Below are positions 24,171 to 38,050 of a stretch of 64,000 bases of DNA, piece after piece. Made by a program: the position numbers and the translations under genes. The stretch comes from Pavona decussata. Lineage: Eukaryota. The notes under the pieces are model-generated. The model was not told the origin of the DNA. It saw nothing but the letters and a program-made list of their open reading frames with translations, and searched no databases. The stretch is from positions 620,001 to 684,000 of the forward strand of contig CDRNST010000013.1 of assembly GCA_977016875.1 (NCBI GenBank), read 5' to 3'. Position 1 is the first letter of the stretch, and each line of letters starts with the position of its first letter.

Positions 24171-26439
24171 TTAAGAACACCTAATATTTGGGCTGTTGCT
24201 GGACGTTCTTACTTATTTTTTGGGAGCAATTTTAGCCTGAAATTAAGTTCTCTGTTATATTATTTCAATAGATCTATGCAGACGTGACCCAGCCACCTAT
24301 AAAATAAACAGCAATATGTGTCATAATGGGGTGTCAAGTTGCTTGTGACATGCTCTGTTGCACAGCTTATAATTTATGTACTCCAGTGCTGGGTACAAGA
24401 CAGTACAGACTGAAGTTTTATGTGTATTATTTTATCCATATTTATACTGTCCATTTTACAAACATTTTGTCAAAGATTCACCCTGGGTAAGGTTCTTAGG
24501 TATGTTCTTAAATTTCAGCAAATCTCAGCCTCAACATTCTCAGAAAAAAGGTTCTTGTTAAGAAAAATTAAGAGTATGCTGTTAGTACAAAAAAATTTCT
24601 TGGTAAAAGTGAGGTACTTAAGTAATCTTTATTTATACACGGTAAAAATTCATCAGGTCTAAAAAAGTACAGAAGTATAAAATGTCAATATCTAAGTATA
24701 AAATATATCATATAAATACTATGCTAATTACAATGTTAAAATTTACTTATCCTAATAAAAACCTGTTTTCCATGAATGCCGTGCCTTATTTTGTCTTGAG
24801 GTACATCACAATGCAGTCAACTACCTTAAGGGAAGTTGTTCACAATTCTGTGCATGTCCATGAATCAAAAGACTCTTTCGCCCTTGCTCGCTAATGTTTA
24901 ATTTAATTCATTGTTTATGAACCATTCAGAAGAGAGTAGGTAACTTGGGTGATAATTTTTTGAGATGATTGCATTATTTCGCATGCAAATAACTGTAAAA
25001 TAATCAACCATGGAATGAATCCTTCGGGTCAACACTAAATTAAATATTGACAATGTCGGTACAATCCACTAGCATTTTTTGTGAATTTTAATTGGTCATC
25101 TGTCATTTTGCTTGGACTAATTATAGTGTGTGATTATGACTGAAGTACTTGTGAGTGGGATTTTTGATAAGAAAGAGAAAAAAGCATTTAGATTCATGCA
25201 CGTGCGCTGAAATGTGAAACCCTCCCTTTAAAGCTGCTTAAAGGTGAAGAAAACAGAAACAAACAGATCTAAAATTAGTTCATTATCCTCTGCAGTTGAC
25301 TGATAATAGCAAGTTCCTCTTTAGTGTACTTTTGACTAATTGCTGACAATGTGAGACGGATTGTTGTCATGCTGTACACAAGTGTTATGTGAGTATTTTT
25401 TGTCAACAACAGCTGTTGCCTTTGAATGTCTGCGTGTGTTTCAATCCTTCGCCCAATTTATGAAGATAGCAGTCAATAACTGGGCCAGTGAGTTCCAGCT
25501 TATTTCTGCATACTTCCTTATGAAGGGAATCCATTTCACCCATTCCATAGTTTGGTTTATACCCCGCCATTTTTGGGGGTTATTTCAAAACGTTTGTGGA
25601 AATCCGCTGCTTATCAATGAGCCCACACAAGCCTTAAGGGAGGGGCCGCTGAATATTAGATGAGCCCGCACAATTGGGAGATTTTACCTTGGTTAACGAC
25701 CATCTTGACTCTTTGTATGTTTTCCACATCTGCTTGGGTTTGCTTAAAGGTTTCAGCATGTCTCCCTATTGCGTTTCCAGAGATTCGTGGTTGTCACCTT
25801 TGGCTGTCATCTTAGCTTGTTGTTTCTAAATCGAAAAATTGAGGGCTGAAAGTATACTCACAGAGCTCTCCTGTTGTGTCCGACCACAGGTGAAAGTCTT
25901 TGTTTGTTCTTCAAATCCTCTGTTTTCTAGTGTCATTAGCTGTCTTCCTTGTAATCTGAGTTTGTTATTTTGGTTCGGTCTGATAGAAAACTTATCTTGT
26001 TTCCCAGTCTTCAGCAGTAGTTACTTTGATCGATTTTCATGAAACTTGATCACTTTAAAATCACCATCACTTAGCTTAAATACAAAATGTCAATGCCCAG
26101 TTCTGGTCATAGTTCATTTCAAATTCTGTTAGGTTCTGCTGACTACTAGAGCTGAAATACAGCGTGCCTTTCAATTGTTGCGACCACCTGATTGAGTACC
26201 ATCCAACCAAAAAGGATTACTGCCTAACAACAATAGAAAAAAAATAGCTCAGAAACAGTCAATATTTATAAGTATGTCAGTGTTTTGTTGGTTAACTAAT
26301 AAAAGACGGATTGAAATGCACAGATCACTTTCTACAGTCTTCGCAGCCAATAACATCATGGCTTACTGACAAAGGACTAATAACATTGCAACTTCATTGA
26401 CCAATCAGGTCAACAAGCAGAGACATTTATACCGTCTAC

Positions 26440-26580
26440 TTACGTTCACAATTTACTTGACTCTGAAGATGATTTTTGCTCAGGTTTTCAAAACATCAGT
26501 CAATGTCACCTCAAACATAGGACTACACTCACCTGTATTTGAATACTTAGGACATGACTCCTGGGTTCAGAACATTTATA
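26440..26580 (+). mobile_element. Penelope-like terminal repeat remnant with degenerate hammerhead core
   Basis: GACTCTGAAGATG...CTCAGGTTTTCAAAACATCAGTC...GACTACACTCACC...ACTCCTGGGTTCA; GAAA core mutated to AAAA. Confidence 0.6.
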
Positions 26581-26666
26581 GTCAATATTTAGATGTGCAA
26601 CCAATAAAAAACCTCTTTCCTCCAGGGAGCACAAAACACATGGGCCAAGTATTGCACTAGTCTCCA

Positions 26667-27030
26667 CTACTCACTACAATATTTATCTGGGTGCTGAAAA
26701 CTGCCTGGGGGTGGCAAAACAATCTTACTCTTCGTCGTCAACAAATGGTTGGGCGTCAAAGGACTGGGCGCATCAGGATTGTTGAGGTTCTCAACAGACA
26801 GGGGTTGGCTGTTAATGATGGCCTCCGCTTTGCACATCAGAGTTCTGAGGGCTCCATCATTCAGGTTCAAACTATTATCTTGCAAGAATGCAGTCTGGAC
26901 ACTGCGGACGGATCTGGTTTGGTTCTCCCAGGTCCCACCCATATGGCTGACCGAGGGAACAATCAACCTATAGTAAATCCAGTCAGTCTCCTCACACCAT
27001 CTCAGCTCTGATCCAGTCATGATTAAGTTA
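26667..27030 (-). mobile_element. BEL/Pao LTR retrotransposon integrase fragment
   Basis: PSVSHMGGTWE..RSVR...LRTLMCKAEAIINSQPL...PLTPNHLL. Confidence 0.88.
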
Positions 27031-27799
27031 AAAACATTGATTCTATGTCCCACATAAAACCGACTGGTTCTTGACAAAACCAATAAAGGACTGAAAGGGC
27101 GTTGTTAACACTGGGATATTCAACCTTGATAGTTTGTAGCAAGTTCTCGATAACGGACAAAACTGTTCTGTGTGCAACTATTGAAAAGGTGAATACAGCA
27201 TTCCACTTTACCTCCGTTCCTATCCTACCCTGGTTAATGATGACTGCACTGATGTGCCAACTTCTTCCTCGTTTGCTAAAGAAGTCACTCATTTGTTCAC
27301 GATACTGCATCAGAAGAAACTCCAAGCAAAGTCCAATCCATTATTATTAGGCAAGATTCACTGTCAAGTTTATTGAGCACATCTTGTTTTGCTTCTTCTT
27401 GTTTGCAAGACTGTAGTAAATGAGCCTTCCATGCCCTGATGTCGTCCAAACTCTCTGCAAACTCGTATTGTAATCTTATTTTCTGTTCTTCCGGTACCTG
27501 CACGTCATCCAGCATTTTACCAACGTCCTCTAAGACTTTCTCAAGCGCTTCAAATCTTCCACACTGGTATTGATGTTCGTGATCGCATTCAGCACCAAAC
27601 TCGGAAATGGCTTCGTCACTTAGAGCGTGAACAGTACAATGATCACTGCATTGCTCCTCTTTGCCAACGTGCGTCTTGTGGTCTGTTTTCAAAGATCTTC
27701 TGCCATCTTTAGTAACATTTGAGTGGAAGCTGTACTAATACCATGTTCCGCTAGACTTTCGACAATAGCTGATATTTTATCAAAAGCTTCCGTTCCCCC

Positions 27800-28700
27800 T
27801 TTTTTTTTTTTTTTAAAGAACACTTTATTGAGTACTTCAGAACAGTACATTTCATTAATTATATTACTATATGATACTACTTTACAAAACAAAAAAGAAG
27901 CATACTTAACTACAGTTACCTACACAACAAACTAGCTGCACAACTTGCAATACATCTAACACCGGTACTAACAAGTATATCGTTACTTGCAATACGATAC
28001 TAATTACTTACAATACTTACATACTTCAACTGACGGTACTAACGATGTTTACAATACTTATGATGCTTTTAAAACTACCAACTTAAGCAACAAATAACAC
28101 AGTTACACATTACTTGGTGGCACATGGTAGCCTTGCAAAGCAACATAGCAAAAAAAAAATGAACTAAAATTAAAAGGCTCAAAGACTTATTTGCAACGTA
28201 GATTTGTGTTTTTCAATTTCAAGGTGACTCTTTAATATAGCAGAATAGGCTTCCCAGATATACTCTTCTTCTCTTCGTGACACAGTATAGATGTAGTATT
28301 GGGCAATAATTAAACAGAGGTTCAAGCCAAGGCGACGAGAGAGATCTCTAGTGAATTCGTATATTATTTCTTGTTCTGATAATGTGATTGAATTAAGGGT
28401 TTTTCCCTTCCACCAGAGGAAAAACTGAGTCCAAAAAGTCTGCACAAAAGGGCAAGTTACGAAAAGGTGTTTCAATGTTTGTTTCTCGTTACAAAGGTGG
28501 CATTGCTCTTTTGAAACAAGCGAATCCCTGAAAAGAGTGGAATTAGTTGGTAAAATATGATGAATGATCTTAAACTGAAAGATAGCAAGTCTAATGTCTT
28601 TAGTAACTTTGAAGGGAATGCTGTAAGTGAGTTGTACCGATTCTTTGTCGAAGTTAGCCTGTTCCATCCTCCTCTCTGCTGTAGATCTTTCGAATTTCTT
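27800..28700 (-). mobile_element. 5'-truncated L1/Tx1 (zf-RVT domain, 3'UTR, poly(A)) inserted in the Sola3-like transposase
   Basis: FQFKIIHHILPTN...CHLC...TLKHLFVTC...FW; poly-T 27800-27814; imperfect TSD TTCCGT(T)CCCCT at ~27788 and 28701. Confidence 0.9.
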
Positions 28701-30302
28701 TTCCGTCCCCTTTGCCGTGACGTTGTCAAGTCCATGCAAAGACTTTTGCATAGACGCTGAAGATACCTCTATCATCCTGTACAGGGAGCGCTTGCTTGCT
28801 GGAAGAAAGCCCTCCTCTCTGCAATACTTCATGTATTGGCTTATTATTCGAGAAGGAATAAGTGTTCTGATTATTGCAGGAATAATTATTCTTTCGCCAG
28901 AATTGAGCTTCATGGTTTTAGTGCCGAAGGCCACATCTTATACAAACTCTGGCCTTGAAATGAAGTTGATAAAGTAGTCGACTTTGACAGGGTCAATTTT
29001 GGTGCAGTATATGGGCCTATCAAGAGGTGGCTGTCCTTTACCGGCTACTGTTGCGTGTTGACAGGCTTGATCTATTCTCCATTTGGACAAACCTGGAACC
29101 ATATCTTGCAGCTCGCTTCATGTGAAGTCATTCGCAAAGAGTGAGAGAATCTGGCGCTTTGTCTGCCAGGAATCAGGTTGATTATAAGGCTTTATTAATA
29201 CTTCTACGATCCCTGTAGATGAATCAAACCGCTTGCGCTTAGATGTATTCTCCAATAGTGGCTCCGTCTGTAATCCCTTCCACACAAGCTCCTCTTGCCC
29301 TGGTGCTATAACGGAAAGAGAGACAGTAAAGGTCTCCTTAACCTTGCGTACTTAGTAGCGCTGCTGCGTGTCAGAAATATCATTCCAATCAGTATTCAGT
29401 GTCGACCGGACAGGGCTGTACCGTCCATCTGAGATATTATGGACTGCTTCATTTAACTTTTGCTTCTTTCGATTTTGTTCCTCTATCTCATCGATCCAAA
29501 TGCTAACTTCCTCTTCAGGAATAGAACTGCTCGCCGATTGTGAGGACTGTGAAGACTGCGCGGATTGTGAGAATGTCAATGAACTGACTGTTTCCAAACA
29601 GACACCAGCCACGGGCTCATTGATTTCAGTTGGTTGGGGTGCCAAAACGTCACCGGCCTCGGGCGAATCTTCTTCATTTGATTGGGGTGCTGAAAGCTAG
29701 AAAATATAAATTCAGTTTATCGCTAAACAGTTCGTTGATTTCTCAGCATTTTGAATACTCACCATGTTACGATCTTTGATTGAATAAGCAAATATAAATT
29801 ACCAACCTCTTTTTTGCTTTTGATGTCACGTGCCTTGTAATGTTCTTTGTGGCAAATTGTACATATGGCTACAGTTGGACAAGAAATAGATCGTACATTA
29901 AAAAGTACTAGAAACGTTACATTAAACGCTAAACAAATTATCAAATCTATTCACAGCAATTAGGGCAGTGGTTCTCAGCATGTATATATGCAAGTAAACT
30001 GCTCGTGGATTCCTGTGTCCTGTCATGTAGGCCCTTTTCTATTTCAGAGACAGAAAGCCTCAAAGCAACAAGATATCACTTACACTCTTTTCTTTCTTTT
30101 TCTCCTTTATAGTCAAAAATTCTTTGGAAAAGTCGAGATATTGACGAAATTTGTGGTTACGGACAAACTCTACAGAAACATGCACCTCCTTCATCTGGGG
30201 TAACAAGAACAGTACATAAAACTCAATTATAAAACTGGCGGGAGGGACAACTACAGGCCACCAATTTGCAACAGTAATAGTATATTTTGTGAAGCCAAAA
30301 AT

Positions 30303-30646
30303 AATCTCGTACCCAGCGTCCTCTGGCTTTTTTGTCAGCGGGTGGTCGACGATCCGCTGACCAAAAAGAAAGAGGATTCTGGATATGAGATTGGGCCAGG
30401 AAAGGCTTAATCTCGTACCCAGAGTGAGTGGACCTCAGGCTTTTAGGTCCACAGGTGGGCGCCAGGAGAGACTCTGGGGTACTGGAATTTTATTACCGCA
30501 GGATTTCTGCAGTAAAACAATGGAAGCCAGTACAAAGCCGTCAAGGGACAGCCAATCAAAAAATTTCAATAAAATTACAGTCCCCCAGAGTCTCTCCTGA
30601 CGCCCAGCCGCTGACCAAAACGCCTGAGGACTCTGGGTACAAGATT
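30303..30646. mobile_element. Two adjacent palindromic AATCTCGTACCCAG...CTGGGTACGAGATT-type MITEs
   Basis: 30303-30391 and 30410-30646 each have matching inverted termini. Confidence 0.75.
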
Positions 30647-33600
30647 GGGAAAGACTAACAGTTCGGTCGGGGATGGAAAAAAGAGAGATCCTGGGAACGA
30701 AGGCTGCTGTTGTGTCTGCGTATCCTGTGTTTGTCGCTCCTGTCGTTTCTTGCAACTCAGGGCAGGTTGATTAAAATACCAAAATTTATCTTAGGATTAC
30801 ATCAATCTGGCCGCTCCTTTTTAGTCTTTCAGTTGCTACTCTTTGTTACTGATCGATCCCATTAATTTCAAGTGTCTGACCCTATCAACATGGGTTGAAT
30901 CAATTAGTGAAAAAATACTAAGTGAAAAACGGGAGCTTAGCGTAATGTGGATCTCACAGTGATAGTGGTTATTCTGGGCTTCTGTAAATGCCATTTTTGA
31001 TAGGTTTCGCAGGTTCCACAGATTCTGGCTTTCCAGTATTCCATTCTGCTGTGCAATTCTAGAAATAAATAATTTCCTTTAAAACATGCCGATAACCCAC
31101 TGTACTATTGAACCTACTATTAAACTCTCTTTTCTCCCAGTCCACTTTGAAGTATTCAAGACCTTACCTGACCCAATGGGAACTACTTTGCCATGTAAGT
31201 CAGATTTCCAAAGACATAGGAGCAGTAACTCGGCATGGATTGGCTAGCTTCTTTTGTGGACCCTCGTGAGAAGGATAAGCACACTTATTGGTTTTGCGGC
31301 CAACGCAATCTGTTGTGAGTGAATTTCTGTCCTTTGGACAGACAGTCATTGCGGCCTTCTGTTCAGGAGTAACACGTAAGTAGCCAGCACCATTAAGAAT
31401 GAGGTCATCTTCGCCAACAACACTTCGACTGCTAGCGCCGATGGTTTTCAGTAGAGGTTTGACATCTCTTGTACACGCTGCTAATGGTATAATAGTATTT
31501 CCTATACCGACTTGGTCACAAGGAGAGTCCTCAAAATGGAAAGAGCAGCTCGACTACATTCGATTACTTTGACTACTTTGTATACGTGCTGTTCAGTGAA
31601 AACACTGGCTCAAATTACATGATGTGACAGAACGACAACTGGGAATTGAAGCATCGCTACCAAATGTACAGGTATGTTCGAAGTGTCGTGCCTGGTAAAA
31701 TGGAAAAAATAAATAAATAATACAAAACAAAATGATAAAACGAGTTTTTATAACTACAGTTTTGAGCTTCCCCTTTGTAACTGGCGATCTTTCTTGACTC
31801 TTTAAAATTTTAAGTTATTTGAGCGCGTAACGCAATAACAGAGGTCACTGTGATCAGTACGAAATCAATTAAGTTAACTTAGTTTATTTTAGCTAATTTA
31901 TAACGAGAATGAAAATGGACAGATTTTCAACAAGCTGTTTGGATTTTCTAAGCAAAACTACAACAACTGGTTGTAAATTTCAATTTGTCATGTTTAGCGT
32001 TTAATGCAGAAATCATCGCATGTGAAACTTGATCAAATGTACTTTTAACATTTTACGGTAAACATCGCACATGAAAACTCAAACGTAATTAAATATAGCA
32101 TAACTTGCTGTAGAAAACAGCAATGACACATCAGATCAGACCGGTACAAAGAACATATTTATGGTTAAAACGCAAACCTGCGGACAAAATTGTAATTATT
32201 CGCTCAGTCAAAAAAAGAAAAAAAACAATGGCGGGAAAATGTATTCTGATTTTCCCAATTTAGGTCGACTGAAATGCCCAATTGTGCGAAAGAATTTGGA
32301 GATCCCAATCTAACTTTTGCTAAACATTAAACATGGATGGCTAAACTGTGTAGACACCGCTTTTCGTTAAAATTCTATCCACCCAGATGCTAGAAAATGT
32401 TTTTTGAAAAGAGCTTAAAATTTTCGAATCTGTCAAAAGCCACACAAGACGAAAATTTGCACATTTACCGAAGACATAAAATATATCCTAAATCATTCAT
32501 CTTGTGCATGTGTTTTGATAGAATGTCAAATATTTTTTATAAATCATAAGAACACTAAAAAGCAGTAAGACGTAGGTGAAATAACTTACGCAAGTTACCC
32601 TAAATCTGAAGCTTTTTTCTTATGCAAATTAGCCAGAAACAAGGGGGGTGGTCAAAATCGCATGAAAATAAGTCAGTTCTTTTTGAAAGGGAATATTTTT
32701 TAATCTTATCCGAAAGGTAATCTGTGGTAGGAATTTGAAAGGAATTGGCCGACCTTGAACCGTGGGCCCTGCCCGTTTCTCTCTGACAATGACACTTAAT
32801 GTCGAGGTTAGTATTTGTATGTGTCATACGTGGAACAAAACTGGCAACCTAGGCTTAAGCAAGGTAGCTTAGAAAAGTATGTTGTTATATGGTGATATGT
32901 TCTTCCGGAGGCAAACCTTTTACTTCCTCTTAAAGTTTTGTGTTGGCATTATGAAAAAGGGAAATCTCAAATTCTGGGCAGGAACTGTAAGAGTGACATT
33001 CAGTTCAACTGATTCAATGTGACGATGCAGCAAATGACACCCTGACATGTACCACAGCGCTTAATTGTCTCCTGCAAAGACAAAGTTTGTACGCTTTTGA
33101 ACTACAATCCTGGCCAATATTTTTCAGGAGAGATACGAAAACAGGCTTTGCAGTGTTCATTCGTGTTTTGGATGACTATAACCAGTCGTTGTAAGGCTGG
33201 TGGTGCTGTCATTGGAAATGTTTGGAAGCCCCCCCTCCCCTGGTCCAAGCAATGTTGATAAGCACTGATTTATTTGTACTGCACATAAACACAGCAACAT
33301 GACTACATTGCATGGGGATGGGGAGACATTTCGTGTTGAATTTTGCAAATCATCCCGACATTTTTGCCAAGGGTGGTAGATGATAATCCTTGGCTGCTGT
33401 GCGTAACATTTCCCTGACCGTCTTTATTGCAGAATAGCTGTGATGCAGGATTTCCTAATGAAATATGCAGATATTTCATGATCAATTATGCCAGCCTTTC
33501 TCCAGGTAGTCTTCAGTGCTGGTGACATATCTCTACTCCTCATCTTCATTACAGTACTTTATTTGCCCAAGGAGATTCTGACCTTTTTCATTTAACTGAC

Positions 33601-34689
33601 CAATGATCTTGACCTGATTCTGTGTTAAGTCTGTATTGCCAAACTCTTGATTTTTTTGTGGAGTAATTGGGCGAGAAATCCTTTTATTCTGTTTCTCCCA
33701 AAATCCCTCACCTCTTTCTGATTGCACAATTCTCCACATTTTCTCCACTTATCGTACCACTAGAGTAGCCAGTTAAGGAGCTTTCTGATCTCCATCGGGG
33801 CTAAGGTTCCATTTCTCGAACATCTCAACTATTCGTCTACTCTGCTGGTCCACTGTGAAAACTTCTGTATTGGTCTCTTCAACATCACTACTTTCTTCTT
33901 CATCCTCTTCAAAATATTCAGTATCATCTTCACAATTGCTTAATTTCGTTTCTTTAACAGTTGCTTTCTGTAGGGTACAAGAAGAGCTGGCTGTTGAACA
34001 TGCTACTAGAAGTGGCAAGTTTCTTTTATTCATCTCAAAGAGGTCAAGTATTTCTGCAGCCAACTCCTCACTTGCTATGTCACTTTAGTCACTATATATT
34101 GTTACCAATGCCAGATTGCGAGAAGCCCTTATGTGGTGAACTGGTTGGGATTTTTAACAGCCTTCCAGTATTGTTTGGTACCCTTCTGCTAACCATGTTG
34201 TTTGTGCAAGTTCTTGGAGAGATAAGTTTGTTTTTCATCCACATTTAGTGCAGCAATGCAGTATTTCTGCTTTCACTTACGATTCACCCCTTTTGGCTTT
34301 GCAGAATTTTGTTTATTGTGATGCAACTTCTAGTGATTAACAGTATTCCTGGCATGTTTGGTGTCCCAGTCATGGACATTTCTTAAGTGGCGTGGCAGTT
34401 TGATACTCTTGAACTACAACAAAGGGGGCAAACAAACTGGTTCCTTTAGTGAGCTCCCGGAATTCATACATACATAACACCTGATGACAGAGAATGTGAA
34501 AGCCTTGCTTCCAATGTTATAAAAGCTGACAGAAGCTGTCGTTTAGACATAGAAAGGGTCTGCCTCTTATGACTTGGCCTGAATGGATGGTAATTTCTTC
34601 CTGAGCTGGCTGGAATCAGCAGTGAACACTGCATTGGTTGTCACTTAAGGGTTCCGTAGTGTATTGATCAGAATATGAACATTGTCGCT

Positions 34690-35560
34690 GTTTAATTCCC
34701 TGTCTACAAATTGGCTAAGTTCCTCAGGCACCATGTCTGAGTAGCCATAGCTGTGTGAGCCGGTGCTCCACCTTGTAAAAAGGTCATTCTCCTATTGAAG
34801 CTGAACAACTTTCTTTTCATGAGTTCTTCTGAAGTTGATCTGCGGTTAGCTAAAGGCTTGACATCCCTTTCAAATATATTGTTAATGTAATAGTTAGATT
34901 TTAAAGTTTGTTCTTGCAGAACAAAGTGGAGGTTTTTTAAGCTGCAGCCTGTCATTCTACCCTAAATGATCCACTTTGCACTTTGCTTTACCTGGTATGC
35001 TGGTGGGACTTGGCTTTCTTGAGAACCCCAAACCACATCATTCTTTAGATTAGGTTACTGGAAAAGGTACTAAGGACATTCATCTGTAAAAAGAAAATCC
35101 TCCCATTCTTCTGCTGTTAGTGTTTGGTATTTATAAGCAAATTGCAAGTAAGCTTTTGGTTGTTTATCAGTCGAAAGTAGTTTCTTTTGACATCTGAAAG
35201 GTTTCCACCTTTTTTTCATATGTATTGCCACACTGTTGCTGCAGAACCAGGAAGGCCTTTGCTCAAAAGCTATTTCGAAATCTTTCTAGTGGAGTTACCT
35301 CGTTTATACTTCGCATTCTCAATAAGTGTTTCGGAGGTTCTGCCCGGAACAGCTGATCTTCCCGTTCTTGGTTTGTCTTCAAAATCACCCAGTGCTCGCT
35401 TCTCTGTAATATTTTTGATGATTCTCGAACGGATATCCCAGAGGACCTCACACTTGAGGCTTGTGCTCATGTTTTCATCTTTGTAAATGAGAACGATTAC
35501 GAAAACAGGACAACGGCTGAACATGGAAAAGAAGGCGGGAAACAGATAAATGTGTGCACT
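34690..35560 (-). mobile_element. Tc1/mariner-superfamily transposase pseudogene; 5' TIR displaced to ~38180-38207
   Basis: EDKPRTGR, STRKIS, EWEDFLFTDEC, FLQGGAPAHTA..TQTWC; ACTGGGTGTTTCAAAAGTTCG on minus strand at ~38207. Confidence 0.85.
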
Positions 35561-35764
35561 CGCAGTTTGCACATTTTGGCGGGAAAATAATGATTTTAAT
35601 CTTGTTCTTTTTTAAACTTTTGAATAACTAAAACTTAAAAGTAAGTAATATCGGATAATTGCTCTTAAAATTGTAGCTCCCAGAATGCGAAAATGACTAA
35701 GATATAGGCTTTCATAGTGATCTACAAACTGGGAACAGCAGTTCCATAATCTTCTTCTTAAAGC

Positions 35765-36240
35765 AGGGAGGTGTATGCACATATTGAGTGTGCAAGAAGT
35801 ATGGTTATGGTTTACAGTGCCTACATTACCTCTTTCATAGCCTGACAACATTTCTTTTTACTTATGTTATTTCACTATGGGGAGCTGATACCTATGATAA
35901 GTATCTTTCTAGAATTGATAAGTTCCAGAAAAGAGCAGTTCGATTTGGCTTCCTTAAGGAAGTTACTGTTGTAGTATGCCTATCAGAAACCTCAGACAGG
36001 AAGTTATGAAAAGGCATCACCAGCTCCACCGAAAGCTCATTGGCAGACCTCTTACTACCCCACTTAGGAATAGGGGTCATACCTATATACTCCCACAGAT
36101 TAGAACTGGATGTTTTAAACGCTGTTTCATTAATAGATGTCTTTTTAACTATATTTAATTTTCATAAATTCTTCATAAGGTTCATAATGTAAATTTGTCC
36201 TTTTCAGCTGTTGTTCAAAACGTTTGTTTTTGGAATCAAT
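35765..36240 (+). mobile_element. L2/CR1-group LINE 3' fragment; its AATAAA and (ATT)n tail continue at 38134-38170
   Basis: CKKYGY...YVISLWG...IDKFQKRA...LRNRGHTYILPQIRT.CFKRCFINRCLF. Confidence 0.8.
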
Positions 36241-36762
36241 CGTCATCATCAGCCAACTGCACTGCAATCGGTCAATAGCCTTCTCCACACCTTCCGGTCA
36301 TTTACCATGGTTCGAATCTCTTCTGCCGTTGGTGGGTATTCCTGGCTGATTATGCTGGCAATGTACTGATGAAACATCAGCTTTGGGCGACTGGGCTTAC
36401 GTTTGCCATGTTTTGGGTGGAAAAGGGCGTACCTGTTGCCCAATTCATTCTCTGGTTTCCTGAGGATATGCCTTAAGAACTGAAGCTGTTGTTGTTGAGT
36501 CAGCTGGATGAGCAGATCTTGTTTCACTCTCTTGGGGACTTCTTCATTCGAGATGAAGTCCATTCTCTTGATACCCAGGATTATTCTATTGCAGCTGCTG
36601 GCGAAGCTGTTGAGTTTGTCTTCAAGCTTTTAGGTTGATGTCCACCCTTCACATCCGTAGAGAAGGATCGATAGACAGGTCGCCTTAACCAGTTTGATTT
36701 TAAGTTCTATGGGGGTAGTCTTGGATTGCCACAGCCTCTCTAGCTTCCAGAATGCTGACTAA

Positions 36763-38050
36763 GGCCTGGGGCAAACGTCGAATCTTAGTCGAACTTAATT
36801 CGTCGAACCTATTAATTTTGAAATAGGCGCATGAATGGTGCGACGTTTGCTGCAATTAAGTTCGACTCAAATTAATTGGTTCGACTCCAGCATAAGTTCG
36901 ACTTGCCAAGTCGGATAATGCGACAGTGGTACGGCGTTACAGCAAACGCCGTTCTAAACACGCGCTGAACTCAATTCATAAATCATGCAAATTACAAAAT
37001 AATTGATTCAAATGTGATGGACTGCGCAAAAGTCACAAAAATACGGACTCCCCATCTGCCAAACGCTATTTCCCCCCCCCCCCCCTGATGAGCATGCGCT
37101 GTACAAAGACAATTTCGCGACCAGAAATAGCGAGCTATCGAAAGTCATTGCTGACATCGCACAGCGTGATGGAAATGTGTTTTTCGTGTTTCATGAACAC
37201 TAAATATAAATGATTGAAATGCAAATTGCCTATTTGCAATAAATGCTCAGTGTTTGAGTGTTTTTTTTTTTCTATTTTTTTGCAATTAATTGCCAAAGAA
37301 AAGCCCGATGAGCACTGTATTTCAGCATTTCGCTAGCAAGTCCTAGCAATAACTAGCCGCACATCGATAGACTTTCTCAAAGTCGCTCGCTTGCTTCTCA
37401 TTGAATGGACCTTGCTCTCGCTCGCGCACCGCGCTGGCTCGCTCGAACTCTGACGATCGCGCTTCGCGCTCTCTAAGCTCGACTTGTAAGCAAGTCTAGC
37501 ACATCGAGTGAATAGGGACCTTACGAATGCAAGACGGTGACGCCAACGCAAACGTCATTTGAAAGTATAACTTTATTTCATTTGTGCTACTTCGCGATTA
37601 TTTTAACTCATTCAACTTGTATGCACAAACGACAAACTAGCCAGGAACCAAATTGGTAGGAGTACCGTTCAAGTAAAGGAAGAGAATGAAAAATTCACTC
37701 CCGTGGGTTCACGTTCTCAACAAAACCTTGAATTTGGTCATTTCACGTTGTTGTTTTGCAGAGGACGACAAAGAAATGTACCAAAATTGAAAACGCACGT
37801 GCAGAGCGATTGTTTTTGCTCATTAAGCTTTTTGTGTTGTGGCGTTGTCGTCGCCGTCGCCGTGGTGTTTTCGTAAGGTCCCTAATAGCACGGGGACACG
37901 TGCTTATTCCCATATTTCACGAAGTACAACTTGAGAATTAGGGTCTACGCAGGTTTGACGTTTGCTACCACACTGGAATTAAGTCGACTCTTTGTCGAAC
38001 CTATTTTTAATAAATTCGACGCGACTTAGATTCGACGTTTGCCCTAGGCC
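36763..38050. mobile_element. Harbinger-type MITE with TAA TSD
   Basis: TAA|GGCCTGGGGCAAACGTCGAATCT ... AGATTCGACGTTTGCCCTAGGCC|TAA; TCGAAC/GTTCGA subterminal repeats. Confidence 0.92.
37514..37883. mobile_element. MITE with 3-bp AAT TSD nested in the previous MITE
   Basis: AAT|AGGGACCTTACGA ... TCGTAAGGTCCCT|AAT. Confidence 0.9.

Larger units (their letters stand above)
27090..32929 (-). mobile_element. Decayed Sola3-like transposon with spliced transposase, 3'-truncated, with L1 and MITE insertions
   Basis: AFGTKTMKLNSGE...IRTLIPSRIISQY...SASMQKSLHGLD; CSDHCTVHALSD; CDHEH; IIMDW..YREQMSDFFSKRGRSWH; candidate terminus CTC|TTAA at 32927-32933 (GAG...CTC ends, TTAA target). Confidence 0.65.

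Noticed and set aside
37083-37150. Hammerhead ribozyme (CTGATGAG...CGAAAGTC)
   Set aside because: Stem II does not pair beyond one G-C, and there are no convincing stems I or III
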